A stretch of 64,000 nt of DNA from Balanoglossus misakiensis (GCA_040954595.2 CM082587.2:1703000-1766999), one strand, 5' to 3'; shown: positions 48,649 to 62,733, counted from the first letter of the stretch. Program-made: numbers and translations. The notes: generated by a model from the sequence alone, not told the origin.

Positions 48649-51600
48649 ATGTGCCCACCTTCAGGGCAAAGCGAAGCATATGGGTTTCCCATTGCAATCA
48701 CAGGGATAGGTAGGTGATTTGATATGTAAATAAATCGAGTTAACATATAATGGTATGGGTTATATTCGTATGCTATAAATAAGATACTTGTAAGCTAATA
48801 TTTGACCAAACAATTAAATGATTGAATTACCCACTTGTTATGCATGGCTATGTACAGAGAGTGAGCTTAAGGAAATAAATAATCTATCAAAAAATGGGCG
48901 ACTTTGATGTTTAAATGATTATGCAAAGTGTTAACATTCAAGATGATATTTCACAACTTCACCACCAGAATATTAATTTTTCCATGCATAGGTTGTCGAA
49001 TGCCTGGTGGGGTGAATACACAAGAAGGCTTCTGGGAAGTCATCAGTGAAGGCCGAGATACAGTGACAGAAATTCCCCAGGAAAGGTGGAACATCAACGA
49101 ATTCTACGACAGCGATCAGTCTAAATCAGGCAAGATGGTGACTAGAAGGGCAGGGTTCGTTGATGGTGTAGACCAGTTCGATCATGGCTTCTTCAAGATT
49201 TCACCAAGAGAGGCAGCATCCATGGACCCCCAGCAGAGACTGCTGCTTGAGGTGGTAGAAGAAGCCTTTGAAGACGCGGGAATCGATTCAGACAAACTGA
49301 AGACCGACTGCGGGGTGTTTGTAGGAATTGGTATGATGGACTATGGTATGGCCAACATCGATGCCTATAGCATGAACCCATACACTATAACCGGCAACGC
49401 CCACAGCGTAGCTGCCAATCGCATATCCTATGCTTTCAACCTGCAAGGCCCAAGCTATGCTGTTGATACAGCTTGTGCTGCATCAATGACAGCAATGCAT
49501 CTTGCCTGCACACATCTCTGGAACAAGGAATGCAAGGTTGCAGTTGTCAGTGGCTGCAACAGTCTACTCATTCCAGAGGTAACCATCGGGTTCAGTGCTC
49601 TCGGAGTGCTATCCCCAGAGGGTCGATGCTGTCCTTTCTCCGACGAGGCAAAGGGCTACGTCAGAAGTGAGGGCTGGGGCACTCTCATCTTGAAGCCACT
49701 TTCAAAGGCTGTAGCTGATGGTGATCACATCTACTCAGTCATCCGAGGAAGCGCGATCGCTGCTAATGGGTTCTGTGGAAGCCTGACCATGCCTCTGCAG
49801 GCTGCCCAAGAGTATGTCATGAATGAAGCCTATGACCGATTTGACCTGTCGATGTCCTCTGTTGACTATGTCGAAGCCCATGGCACTGGTACCCCTGTTG
49901 GCGATCCTATCGAAGCCCGTGCAATTGGTAATGCCTTTGCCCCATACAGAAAAGATCCTCTGAAAATCGGGTCTGGTAAGAGCAATTTTGCACACAATGA
50001 ATGCGCAGCTGGTATTACTGCAACAATCAAGGCATCTCTTATGCTGTCCAAGCGCACGCTCTGTCCCACAATCAACTACAAGAGACCGAATCCATCAATT
50101 GATCTGGAAGGGTTGAAGCTGGAAGTGCAAACATCAAAGGAGCCTTTCTTGCCGAACAAAAGCTATCGCATTGGCGTCAACAGCTTTGGTTTCGCTGGAG
50201 CAGTTGCCCACCTTGTCCTTGATGAACCACCGGTGACTGAAAACGAACCAAATCGTGTCTGCGGATGGCAGTTTGGCAGTGAACAGGAGGGTGAAGAAGT
50301 AATGCTTCCCTTGTCAGCAAAAACGAAAGAAGCGGTTGATGACTTGGCAAAGAAATGGCTGTCATTTAAAAACACCGATGATGCTCTGGGAGTGATCGGC
50401 TGGCAAGCCACGAGAAGAAAGCACCATGAGTTCAGAATGTGCATCACAGCCAAATCAGGGAAGGAGTTCCAGCACAACTTGGAGACCTATCTGGATGGGG
50501 CATCAGTCGATTCAATCGTGACAGGTTCGACATCTGGCAAACAGCCAAAAGTGTGCATTGTCTTCCCCGGCCAGGGACAGCAGTGGGCAGCCATGGGAAA
50601 GAAGCTGTATGCTACTGAAGAAGTATTCCGCGAAGCTATCAACCAGTGTGATGCTGTGTTCAAGAAACTCAGTGGGTGGTCTCTCCTCCATGATGCCGGT
50701 CTGTTCAATGGCCTGAAAGAACCATCCACCACAGCAAACCTTCCTGTCAATTCTGAAAACCTGGTAGATGAAATGGAAGTGTCCCAGCCTATCATTCTGT
50801 TTTTCCAGATTGGACTGTTCCATTTACTGAAGCACTGGGGAATCGCCCCTGCTGCTGTAGTTGGACACAGTCTTGGTGAGGTTGCTGCTGCTTATGCATG
50901 TGGTGGGATGACCATGACTGAAGCAGTGACTGCTATCTATGTGAGGAGCACACAGCAAGCAACTTTGAAAGGTGCTGGAGGAATGGCTGCTCTACGCAAG
51001 TCCACCGAAGAAGCAGAAAAGTTATGTGCAGAACATAACAACCTGTTCATTGCAGCTGTCAATGCACCTGGATCAGTCACAATTGCTGGCGACACGAAAG
51101 TGATCGAAGATATTGCTGCAAACAACCCACAACAAGCAAAGCAACTTCGAGTTCAATGTGCCTTCCACACATCGTACATGGACCCAATTGAGAAGACCTT
51201 CCTGCAAGCTATGGATGGTGTTGTGAAAACAACCAAAAGACGTGACAGCATTCCATTCTATTCCACTATAGATGGCAAACAATACAACGGTACATTCGAT
51301 GGGTCCTACTGGTGGAAGAATGTCAGAAACACAGTTGCCTTCAGTGATGCTGTGACCACTATGCTCACTGACATTGAACCTGATATCATCATAGAATGCG
51401 GAGCTTCTGCAACCCTGATGTCATCCGTCAATAAAATCAACCAGGAGGCTGGATTGTCAAAGATCATGACTGTAGCACTCGGACAGCGAGGCAAGGATGA
51501 CCGCCATGCACTGCTGAGGTCAGTTGGTTCTTTGTATGCTGCAGGTGTTCCCATTGACTGGAACAACATGACGTGCAACACTCTCAAATGGGCTCCCATC

Positions 51601-54600
51601 CCAACATACGCATGGCAACATCACACTCACTGGACTGAACCCGAAGACAGGATGAAACGTCGTCTTGGATTGGAGGACAAGAGCTTCAAGGGGCAAAATG
51701 GCAACATGTCAATCGACATGTTTCCATTTTTAGCTGACCATGTTGTCGAGAATAAAGTGGTATTTCCTGGCGCTGGCTACATAGAGTACTGCGTGGAGAT
51801 GTTCTTTGGGGAAACAGAAACACCAGCACTGAAAAATATGCGGTTCCTCCGTGCTTTGATTTGGCCACAAGATGAACGAACTGGTGGACCATCCAGAGAA
51901 AATGTCCCAGTTCAAGTCTCAAAAGAAGGCGCGTCGCTTCAAATAACATCAGGAGAAACCCAACACTACACAGCAGAGATGGACACTCCAGTAACCACTG
52001 ACGAGATTTTCCAGTGCCTTCAACTCCCCAAGATAAAGCAGAGATGTGAAACTTTGATGTCAGGTGTCGAACTGTATCAAAAGCTTGCATCCATTGGTTT
52101 GAATTACGGCCCCACCTTCCAGGTGATTCAGCAAATGATGCTAGGAGATGGAGAGGCAGTTGCAGTGATGGTGAACCCTTCTGACACCAAACAGAGAGTG
52201 CAGACAACACTGCTGGATGGATGCTTTCAACTGGTGATTGCATCACTGGGTAAATTCACAACAGCTTACCTGCCTGTAAAACTGGGTATGATGCAGATGA
52301 CTGTTCCAAAAGTGCCGTTTGGAGAGCAGCTGATCGCATATGCAAAAGTGACAGATTGTGACAGCACGTCAATCACTGGTGATGCATATCTATGCAGCAG
52401 CAATGGACAGGTTCTGGTGAAAGTTGCTGGATTGGTGGCCCAGAGTTTACAAGACAGCAGTTCTGCAGTTGACTTAGAGTCCTGCCTGTACTCAACAGAA
52501 TTACAGCCCGTGAAGTCATGCCTCCCTACTACAGACGATGTGTCGTGTTTATTTGAAGAGGACAGCCTGCGAAAGCTTTTCCCAGAAGACATGGACATAG
52601 TCACAAGAACAGAAGCAGTAATGCCACAAATAAAGACCATCTGCAAGTCTTACATCAAACATGCCCTTGATACTGTTGAAGATGATGATGTAGGGGGAAG
52701 AAATGTCCGATACATTAGAAGATTGAGAGCCATTGCTGGTGATGCCACTGTTGAAACATTGGCCAGAGAAGACATTCCTGTAAAGATGGAAGAAGTAGCT
52801 GCCATTGTTCCAGAAATGTCCCAAGAATTGAAAATGGTCAAGACGCTTGGTGACGCCTTGCCAGACACACTCAAAGATCCTGACATCGGCGTGTCACTAC
52901 TGTTTGCCCCAGACAGTCTTGCGCTGTACTTTGCTGATGCACCGACGATTCGCCTGTTCTATGAAGCTGGCGCTGAGGCTGTAGCAAGAGCTGTAAGAAA
53001 GTCAATGGAAAAGAAGAAAGTGGTGAGAATTCTTGAAGTTGGTGGAAGAATGGGCGGCCTCTCAAAGTACATCCTCAGAAATTTGAAAGAAGAAGTGGCA
53101 AACAAACAAGTCGAGTATGTCTTCACAGACCTGAGTGCATCATTCTTCTCACACGCCCAACAGTGCCTCGAAGAGTTTCCACTGGTCAAATACAAGCAGC
53201 TCGACATCGAGAAAGACATCGAACCTCAGGGATTCATTCCTGGAAGTGTTGACATCGTGGTGTGTCTTGATACCCTCCACTCTGCAGTTGATGTCAACAA
53301 CGGCATGTACCACATGCGCAACCTTCTTTGCGAAGACGGCTGGCTGTTCATGTATGAGGCAACCAATTCCAACTACATGACTGAGTTAGTCTTTGGTTCT
53401 CTTCAACTCTGCTGGGTCTATGAAGACTTCAGACAGGAATCATGCTGGCTGCCACGTAAAGGTTGGGAGGACCTTTTCAGAGAGAATGGTTACAGCGATA
53501 TAGTCAGTGTATCCTCTCCAAATGAACTTCTCCACAGCATAATGGTCGGTCGCAAAACAGGAGACCTCCCAGACCCGAAGGAGCAAAGCAATCTCACAGA
53601 AGATCAATTGTTCTTGCTTGGCTGTAATGATGAAATGGTCCAGAAGGTGATAAGTGAATCTTTGGAGAAGCCTTGCTCTACAGTCATGACCCCTACAATA
53701 GATGACATCAAGTCTTTCACCACCAACAAACCATCGAATGTTATCTACTGGTGTGGAACGTGGGATGCAAAACTCCATTTCCTCCTCAACTTGTTGAAAG
53801 AAATGGATACACATGAAGATAATATCAGATCTGTTTACATCATCACACAAGGGGCCTACAAACAGCAAGGAAATATTTGGTCTCATGCTGCTTTTGGTCT
53901 CGCAGGATCCGCCTGTAACCACATCGCCTCAGGACGTCTGTACTATGTCGACCTAGATTCTCAAGTGTCCATGCAACAAAACGTACAGATGCTGTGCAAC
54001 ATAATGCGCAATGCAAACCAACCAGAGAGAGCTCTTGTGATCGAAGGAAATGAAATTCTCTGTCCGAGAATCACCAATGCTGCCAAACCCGAAGTTTCTA
54101 CTCAGAATGTCAAGCATTGGCGCCTTGAACAAAACATTCGCCACGATGGAAAGGGTGCATCACTGGACGACTTGGGATTCTGCGGGTTATCTGATTTGAC
54201 TCTCAAACCCGGTAAAGTGATCGTCAGGGTCCATGCTGCAGCGCTGAACTTCAAGGACGTCATGATGGCCCATGGAATGTTGGAAGGATTAGAAGTTGAT
54301 GAGACACGTTACCGTTTTGGCCTGGAGTGCTCCGGAGTGGTTGAAGCCGTCGGTGAAGGTGTCACTCATGTGAAAGCTGGAGACGAAGTCATCGCATTTA
54401 CAAAGACCAGTTTCGCTTCCCATGTCGTCAGTGATGGTCGTTTCGTGATGCCTAAACCCAAACACATCAACATGGTCGATAGTGCTGGCATCACAGTCGC
54501 TTTCACCACAGCCTATCACAGTTTGGTCGAGAGGGCAAACCTGAGAAAGGGAGAAACAGTGTTGATCCACTCTGCCTGTGGTGGTGTTGGTTTAGCTGCC

Positions 54601-56331
54601 ATCCAAATTGCAAAGATGCAAGGAGCAACAATCTTCTGTTCAGCAGGAACCGAAGAAAAGCGTGCCTATCTCAGAAATGAGTTGGGCATTGAATATGTCA
54701 CAGATTCCAGATCAGATCAGTTTTACCACGACGTCATGAAGTGGACAAATGGTAAAGGTGTCAATGTCGTACTTAATTCTCTGTACGGCAGACTGATGGA
54801 AAGGGGGTTGGCTTCACTGGCTCCTGGAGGAAGATTTTGTGAAATCGGGAAGAGAGACATACTGGAAAATTCCCAGATGGACCTGAAGACCTTCCTGGAA
54901 AACAAGTCTTTCCTCTCCTGTCAGATCGACATCAGACTACGACAAGATCGTGAAGGCATGCAGTACTCGCTGGAACAGGTTGTCAGACTTTTTGAAGAAG
55001 GGAAACTGACTCCAATGCCAGTGACGGTGTATCAGATTGGTGACTACCTGGAAGCTTTCCGGATGATGTCGAAGGGCCAGCACATTGGAAAAGTAGTTTT
55101 TGAAATTCCAACCTCCTACGTTCCAGAAAGATTCGATCTACACGGTGACATCTTCCATGAACAGGCAACATACCTTGTAACCGGTGCATTCGGTGGGGTT
55201 GGTCAGGCGCTGGTCCGATGGATGCAAAAGATGGGAGCCAAACATCTTGTCATGGTGTCAAGAAGTGGTGGAAAGTCAGCTGCCGCACGGCGTACTCTGG
55301 AGTTCCTGAATCGTAAAGGTGTTGCAGTCCACACTTTTGCTGCCGATGTATCTGATTACAACACTGTGAAGAATATCCTTGACCAACTGAAATCCAGAGC
55401 TGATGTCCCACCACTGAAGGGTGTCTTCCATCTTGCTGGTGTAGTGGATGAAACTCTCCTGCCAGACTTGAAACCAGACCAACTTGACCTTGTGATGCAG
55501 TCAAAGGCTGTGAGTGCGTATCACTTGCACGATCTGACGAAAGAAGAAAGCTTGGATGTGTTCTTCATGATGTCTTCCGTGTCAACACTGAGGGGCCAGT
55601 CGGCTCAACCAGCATACTGTGCAGCTAATTCGGTACTGGACGCCCTTGCAGAACACAGGCACAGTCTGGGCCTACCAGCACTATCACTGCAGATGGGAGC
55701 TGTCAGAGGGGCAGGGTACCTCGAGGGCAAAGCAGAAACCACAAAAGTTCTGGAAAGCCAGGGATTTGGCACACTTCACATCAATGAAATCATGGAGATG
55801 CTTGGGAGTCTTTTGAATGGTTACAACAAGCCTGTTGTTTGCCTGGCCAATCAGGTGAGAAATTGTTATCATCATACTTAAGTAATATGTAACTCAGTTG
55901 TTGGAACCTTTATGTTTCTCTTTGAAGGCTATGCATGGTCTGATTACCGTGTTGTTGTTTTTTGCTCACCGTACTAGGACTGGGCCACAGCAGCCAAATT
56001 CACACACAAGACTAACCTGAAATTCCACCACCTGATGGACGACTCTAGTTTGAACAAGGGGGAATGCCAACTGTCGCTGGAAGACCTGGAGAATTTGGTC
56101 AAACAGAAACTGGGTCAGATGATCTGTCAATCACCAGACGACATTGATATCACCAAGCCAATGATCGACTATGGCGTCGACTCACTCATGGCGGTGGAGA
56201 TGGTCACGTGGGCATCGAAAGAGCTTGATGTCGTCATCTCACAACTGGACATTCTGGGTGGCATCAGTACATCCGTGTTGTTGGAGAAGGCTGTTGAGAA
56301 CACCGTTGTCCTTCCCTTGATGGAAAACTAA
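48649..56331 (+). CDS. Iterative type I polyketide synthase KS-AT-DH-MT-ER-KR-ACP, no thioesterase, 2425 aa (echinoderm Pks1-like architecture)
   Basis: Exons 48649-48709, 48992-55854, 55978-56331 (7278 nt). KS: DTACAAS, EAHGTGT, KSNFAHNE. AT: GQGQQW, GHSLG, AFH. DH: HVVENKVVFPG, DGCFQ. MT: LEVGGRMGG. ER: IHSACGGVG. KR: TGAFGGVG, YCAAN. ACP: GVDSL. Confidence 0.96.
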
Positions 56332-58854
56332 ATGAAAACCAAAACATATGAATGAATGTACTGCCAAAACCAACTGCTTGAAGTTTACATAATGAATATA
56401 TATCAGTATCATATTACAAGCGCTAAACGAGGTCACAGCTTGTTAAATCATTCTCGTTCGTGAAAACCATTATTAGTTTTATATCTTTATAAGTTCGTCT
56501 TCTGTATATATTGCATCAAAAATATTACTTTAACACTATCCCGTATATGTAGTTGGATCAGTTCGTGTAGTTTAAACGTTTTTTGATAACTTGTAGTGAA
56601 CTTTGATTGCCTTTTGGTGTTTTTCAATATTCTGTTATTATTCAAGTCAGACAAGAAGCAGTCACATTTCTATATACATGTATATATCATCACCTAAAAT
56701 ATCTTAAAATTTGTCATTTAACAGTGTTAGGTGCTTTCTCCTCGACTACTGAGATTGCAGTCAATAATTTTTTCCATGTGTAAAATTGACACATATATGA
56801 AATTTTATACCACAAGTACCCTCTGCACTTTAGTACTGAGATTGAGCCACCAACAATATGGCCTGTACATCCCAAACAAATTATCCCAGCATGCCTTTCG
56901 CACATACTGAAGTCACATTGCGTTAATTATAAAGACTGAAGGAATCCTTTTATTCACTGTTAGTGGTTAATATATCTATAGCTATTTCCTCATATAACAT
57001 TTCTTTAAACAACAAATGTATTCATTCATAATGAATTGAGTGTATGTAATGGTTTCATTACAGGTATCTCGTAGTACTTTAGACATGTTGTATCTAAGCG
57101 TTATTATAAGAGTTTTATTATTCAGTTATGTTTCTACGTGTATATCTTTTGGCGAACAATCACTAAAATATATAGAGATCCCCTTTTAGACCACACACAA
57201 GCTAGTAGGATATTCTGGAGGTACAGGGACTTCAATCGGGTTTATACCATTTTAACTTGTTGGCTTTTATTAGTGAATAAAAATCTAGAGTCTCTAACAC
57301 TTTTGATGGACGTCGTTTTTGTCTAAGGAGGTATCGCCAAGCTGGAGTGATTTGTGAGTAAAAATGATAGCTGTTCATGTCAGTATGGCCTGCAGTTTGG
57401 CCTATCCTGAATCCTGTTCCCAGCCCCGCAATTGAAGCGACCGACTTTCAAAGTAGACTGTAACAAAAACATCTATGATGTCAATCAACACAACCTGTAT
57501 CCGGGTCTCAACCGGGTCACCTATTGTAGGTATACTCAAAGACATTCCTGCAGACAAAGACTATAGTTTGACAATACATAGTTTCAGCATGGACGTTGGT
57601 CATTTTGGAAGCCGCAGTGTCTAGAGCATGTGTGTATGTATGGTGTGTGTTCGTCAGTCTGTGAATACGTGAGTAAGGTTTGCAGACGCCATTCAGTGGA
57701 TATTCCGACTCTGCCTGCGTTAGTTTCTGTACACGTGGACCAGTCAGTCAAATGGTCGCGTTTACGTACGATTGTTCGCGGCGCCGAAGTGACAGGCGAA
57801 GTTTGCAAACCCGGATACTTTACCTGCATGAGCCGAATAATATCCTGTTCAGGTGCGATAATCCGGGGCGCTGAGTCAAAAGTCGTCATTTTTCAAGCGA
57901 CTTCATAACATGGGGTCTTGACCTTGTCATTATAAATCATCGAATAACTTGTTGACGACTTTATGTATAGACTGTAAGTTGGAGGAGGGGGTCTACGATT
58001 TCTGTTTGCCTTCTGAGTTCTGTGACACAATGCAACGGTTCTGTAAACAACCCCTCCACATTAATCCGAAAATAAATAACAGAGATCCAATTTCGTAAAT
58101 GCACAGAAAATATTTATTCTCCTCAAAAATATAGGGTCTCAAAATGCAAGGCATAAAAGTAATATTATATTATAAATACAGAAATTCTCAGTAGTCTCAT
58201 CATTTTTTGGGAAATCAGATTCGTAAATATTAACAGTTTCCTGAAATCCGGCAAGACATTATATCTATGGACTAGATATAATCTATCTATGGATAGATTG
58301 AGCGCTAAAAGTTTTAAAATAACAAATGATTTAACATTTCTGCGTCAACACTTATAAGAAGCTTACATGTTTTTTTTTCTCTCAGAAAAAAAGTAAAATA
58401 ACTTTTGTTGGCATACTTCCATACTTGTTACAAGAATAGAGTGACGGTCACTGTATTAGGCTACTATGGTTTCAAAAAAAATTCAATATGTTCTCACGAA
58501 TATAAATTTATTCGACTATTGGCTACCACAATCCCATCATACTATCTAATAAAAATATGTACAAAATACATAAAATCTTTCTCGAGATACAAGAACTACT
58601 TCCTTGTACAACAAATCAAGCATTTTTGGCAGTCTTAAGTACACATGACGACTTTCTGTGGTAAAAGTTCTTTCTTATTCAGAGTGAGGACGATTTATAT
58701 TTACATCTAAGAATAGCTGCGCCGGCGCACTGTGCCAGTGGCGATTCAACTTTTTGAATGGGATAATCCAGTACTGCGCATGAGCATATTGTGCTGAAAG
58801 TTCGCTTCTGATTCAGGATTTCTGATCGCTGTCACCTGTCTCGCCAGATCGTCT

Positions 58855-61310
58855 TTAGTGAGAGTGCGGGTTTGAGAAAATGGCAAAACTGAGCAGCAGA
58901 GGAAGGATAATCACAATCAACAGTTTCAGCAAAAAGGAGAGTGAGATTCCCTTGTTGGATTTGACCGCCGACTTCGGCATCACCGTCTGGGTTGGATACA
59001 GCATGTTCTCCGGCGCTTTCATGATGGCTTCCCTAGCTTTATCCCACGATGCACCTGGTCCGACAAGACGATAGGAAGCTGGATAGCACGGGCCGAACAC
59101 CAATCGGAAGGCCAGTTTGGGGTCAGAGGGGAGAATTTTCCAAAATTGGGGTCTGACGCCGATCTGATCTGCCAGCTCCTCTTGATAGGGTACTGGTGGA
59201 AACTGCAAGGGAAGAAATCAAAAAGTCTTTATCTACCTAGCTGTCCTACATACAACAAAAGGTAGGCCTAAATACACTTCTTCATATTCTCTGAACCAGC
59301 TGCATAAAACCAGCAACTTCGAGTTTACCAGGTTTCTTTCTCTATTTTTTTCATATGTACATATACTTACGAAAATTCTGTGTCTTCCAAATCTTTTGTA
59401 CAGCGTGTCCTTTCTTGTCTTGACATCTTCCAACATGGTTTCCTGATCCGGTAACTCTGCAGCACCTGTGAACACTCTCGTCACCCACCTGGCCTGGAGT
59501 TCGAAGACCGGCCCCTGCGCTCCAACTGTGGCAACCCCTCCGACGAGAGCCAAGGTGTTCTTCTGAAGTCGTGGTGGGAAGACGTGAAAATACAACTCCA
59601 GATCTGCAAAGTTGTCTGCGGAGAGACATAATAATTATGATTATTAAAGGCCATTCTCAAGATTTGTAGCCACATAAATATACATCAGGTGAAATGCTCA
59701 TATAATTTTAATGCGCTATAATTGTTACAAACCAAATTCTTTTCCTTTGGGTTTGAGAAGCACCATGTAATTTAGATGTTTTTTTTTTTTTTACTTGTAA
59801 AATGCTCGGTGTATTTGTCGTTCGTTTTCGTCAACATACCTGCAAGAATGGAATCGTCAATGAAGGTAAAATCTACGTTGTATCCTGTTGCAAACATCAC
59901 GACATCGAGGTCGTTGATCTCTGAGCCGTCTACAAACTTGACACCGTTTGGAGTGAAGCGTTGTATCTCCGGCTTGCACTTGAGCGAGCCGCAGAAGATG
60001 CGGTTGTGAATGTCGTCGTTGACCATGACCGAGCCGCTGAACATGCGACGGGTTGACTTCAGACCCAGTTTTTCGTGATCCACCTTCGACTGGACAATGC
60101 GTTCGACGACGAACTGGCGGAGACCGTCGGGAATGACGTGATTGAATCGTTTGTTGGCTATTTGGTCCGCCGCCATAGCAGCGGGACCCATTCGCTGTAC
60201 AACCCACGTTCCATTCCGCATGCTGATATAAACCATTTTGGCATGGCGGCTAGTGTCAGTGGCGCAGTCACCGGCCGAATGAGAGTCCCCTGTTAAAATA
60301 GAACAGAACATGCAGGACAATGTTATATGTTAGATATTGGGTTTCAGAAGCATCGGGCGCTCTAAAAGCTCAGTTATCAAACGAAGAGAAACCACAGGAA
60401 TTGAAAATAATGTGAAGAGCTTAAAATGATTATTTCTTTTAGCTAGTAGTTAAGAAAAAAAATACTTTATGGAGGATTCACTCACCGACGACAAGCACGG
60501 TTTTCCCTTTGTAGTCGCGTCCTCTCCGGAATTCGTTGCTATGCATTATGATTCCTTGGAACTTGTCAAGTCCCTCGCATTTTGGATATAACGGCGATGT
60601 GTACAACCCGGTACAAACCATCACTGCGTCGAATGTCTCCGTTCTGTCAGGTTTTCCTTTCTCCCGGATGTGGATCACCCATCTTCCTGTCCTACTGAAG
60701 TCTCCGGCTTGCTCAACTTTCGCCACTTCGGCGTTGAGTGTGATGTACTTGTGAAGTCCAAAATGGTCCGCATAATCTTGGTAATACTTGAGGACCATAT
60801 TTGGCGTCAGATACGGTGGATAGTCCTTGGTGAATGGAAAATCGCTGAAATACATCATTTCTTTGCTGGAGTTGGTCACCAGGCATTCGTAGAGGGCGCC
60901 GCCTTCATCTTTATTGGGGGTGTCGCTGTAGTTCCACACACCCGCTGCAGAGGAAGGAAACTAACATGACAAACTTTTCCGAAGAAAAAGACGCAAGTCG
61001 TTAAGTATCTCACAGGGTATGACTGTGATATATTTGGGGTGCTCGGGCGGCACATGCAAGTGTAGTTGTACTGAGAGATTACACACTTCCGAGAAAATAT
61101 TGTCCTCAGGATGCCCGCGCGTTTGAAACAGTCTCGATAAACTTTTCAATTGCAGTATATCTGTTCTTGGATAATGAAATATAAGTGACACTTACCAGGA
61201 CGGTCTGACTTCTCAAAACATACTGGGGTCAACCCTTCCTCCAAACAACTTTTGATTGAAACCAAACCGCTGATTCCAGCGCCGATTATAGCAACTCGTT
61301 TGGATGACAT
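58855..61310 (-). CDS. Flavin-containing monooxygenase (class B FMO) with C-terminal membrane anchor
   Basis: Exons 61310-61196, 60944-60486, 60289-59840, 59615-59371, 59202-58855. FAD motif GAGISG, TNSSKEM, FMO fingerprint [38 protein letters not shown], hydrophobic C-terminal tail. Confidence 0.95.
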
Positions 61311-61530
61311 CGTAGAGTTTTCTACAGAGCAAAACGTGAAAACACGAAAAAGATTGAGAATTTGCAAAGCAAAAAAATGTGTGGCCTCATTCGCCTATGT
61401 TACTATTCACTTGTGAGTACGCACTGATAGGCAGTCCCTGCATATACATGTATTTAGCTTATGGAGTGCCTCGGGCAATTAGCGCCTACGCACACACAGT
61501 CTTTGAGGTCATAAGGGACTCTGGTAAAAC

Positions 61531-61605
61531 CGAGAGAGACACAGAGAGACAGAAGCAGGGAGAGTCAGAGACAGACAGGGTGAGAGACAGGAGAAATGAG
61601 AGAGA
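61531..61605. repeat. GA-rich simple repeat
   Basis: gagagagacacagagagacagaagcagggagagtcagagacagacagggtgagagacaggagaaatgagagagac, within the likely FMO 5'UTR intron. Confidence 0.5.
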
Positions 61606-62733
61606 CCTACCTTTACAAACTTGTGCAACTTGAAGAGAAAAACTTTTCTGCGGGCCGCAACTTCAGTTTACCCGGACTTATCGCTGACTGGCTGTACTTT
61701 ACACATCGCGGCCAATTTTATTGGCGCAAGCGAAACCGCACCGCGCATGTGCAACTCGCCAGTCCAGGGTTTTTCCCGGTACTTGACCGGTAATTTATTT
61801 TCTAGAACGCGACGACTCCGTATCTTGGCGTAAACCAAATACCTTGTGGCCCCTTTATTGTTTTACGCATACGACAAGGAGGAAACAAATAATGCTTGGC
61901 CGTGACGAAATCCGGGTCATTCAGGATCTGATACGGCGCAATATCCCGGATCCGTCTGACAAAACTTCGTGCATCCGGTGTGCAGTGTGGACTGTGTCCA
62001 GTCTGTACACGTTGCAATGCACGTAATCACCTGGGTGGTTATTTTATTGTGCAAATTTCTTATTAAGGTATTTACATTAATGCCTCCGGACGTGTGTGTG
62101 TGTATCTATATATCTCTGTATCTATGTATGTATCAGCGTATGTATTTACCCATGAGTGTGTGTACATTATAAGCCCTACAATATACATTGAAGTTCTTCA
62201 TTGAACGACTGGAAAAAAAACTTTGAAATCTTTAACCATGATAATCACGACTTACCGGCGATGTTCAATACAACATTTTGTGCAATTATTTTTATTAAGG
62301 AAGTGATTTAAGTTCTGACTGGTAGGATATTGCCGTGATTTTCCTCTGAAATGTTTACAAGAATTTTTCCTGCTTCGGCCAATCTGTAAGACTACCCGCT
62401 CGTCCTCTGCTGATATCACAGGAATATAGAGGGCGTATGTATACAGTTACAAACGTATGGAAATGGACTCCTTAGCCAGATATTGGATTGCTGATTTTAA
62501 AAATATATAGGGAAATCCCCGTCTCATCAACGCTTAACTGGTGATGTCATAGCCCCGGGGTCACATAGTTCATACTGGTGGTTGTTATCACAGTTGGCGT
62601 TCATTCATACACTGATAGCCACCGCAACGGTCCAAAGAGCAAGTTTCCGCCGACTGGGCATTAAACAAACCACGCGCAACGCACAGTCACTTTATTTTTT
62701 AACGGGTTCATCTCAAGGCAAGGCGTCCGCGGA

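Noticed and set aside
48928-48991. ORF-track start of the 2317-aa PKS ORF
   Set aside because: This is intron read-through; the real N-terminus (MCPP..PIAITGIG) is on exon 48649-48709 and the ACP is on a third exon.
49193-55875. Numerous antisense ORFs over the PKS, TTC16 and ABCC4 exons
   Set aside because: Shadow ORFs produced by coding bias on the opposite strand.
48649-56331. PKS as bacterial contamination or misassembly
   Set aside because: Spliceosomal introns interrupt the KS start and the KR-ACP junction, and the flanks are continuous with animal genes.
41150-62730. GCM sites (ACCCGCAT), expected for echinoderm pigment genes
   Set aside because: No exact match seen by eye in the intergenic regions; only partial ACCCGC cores.
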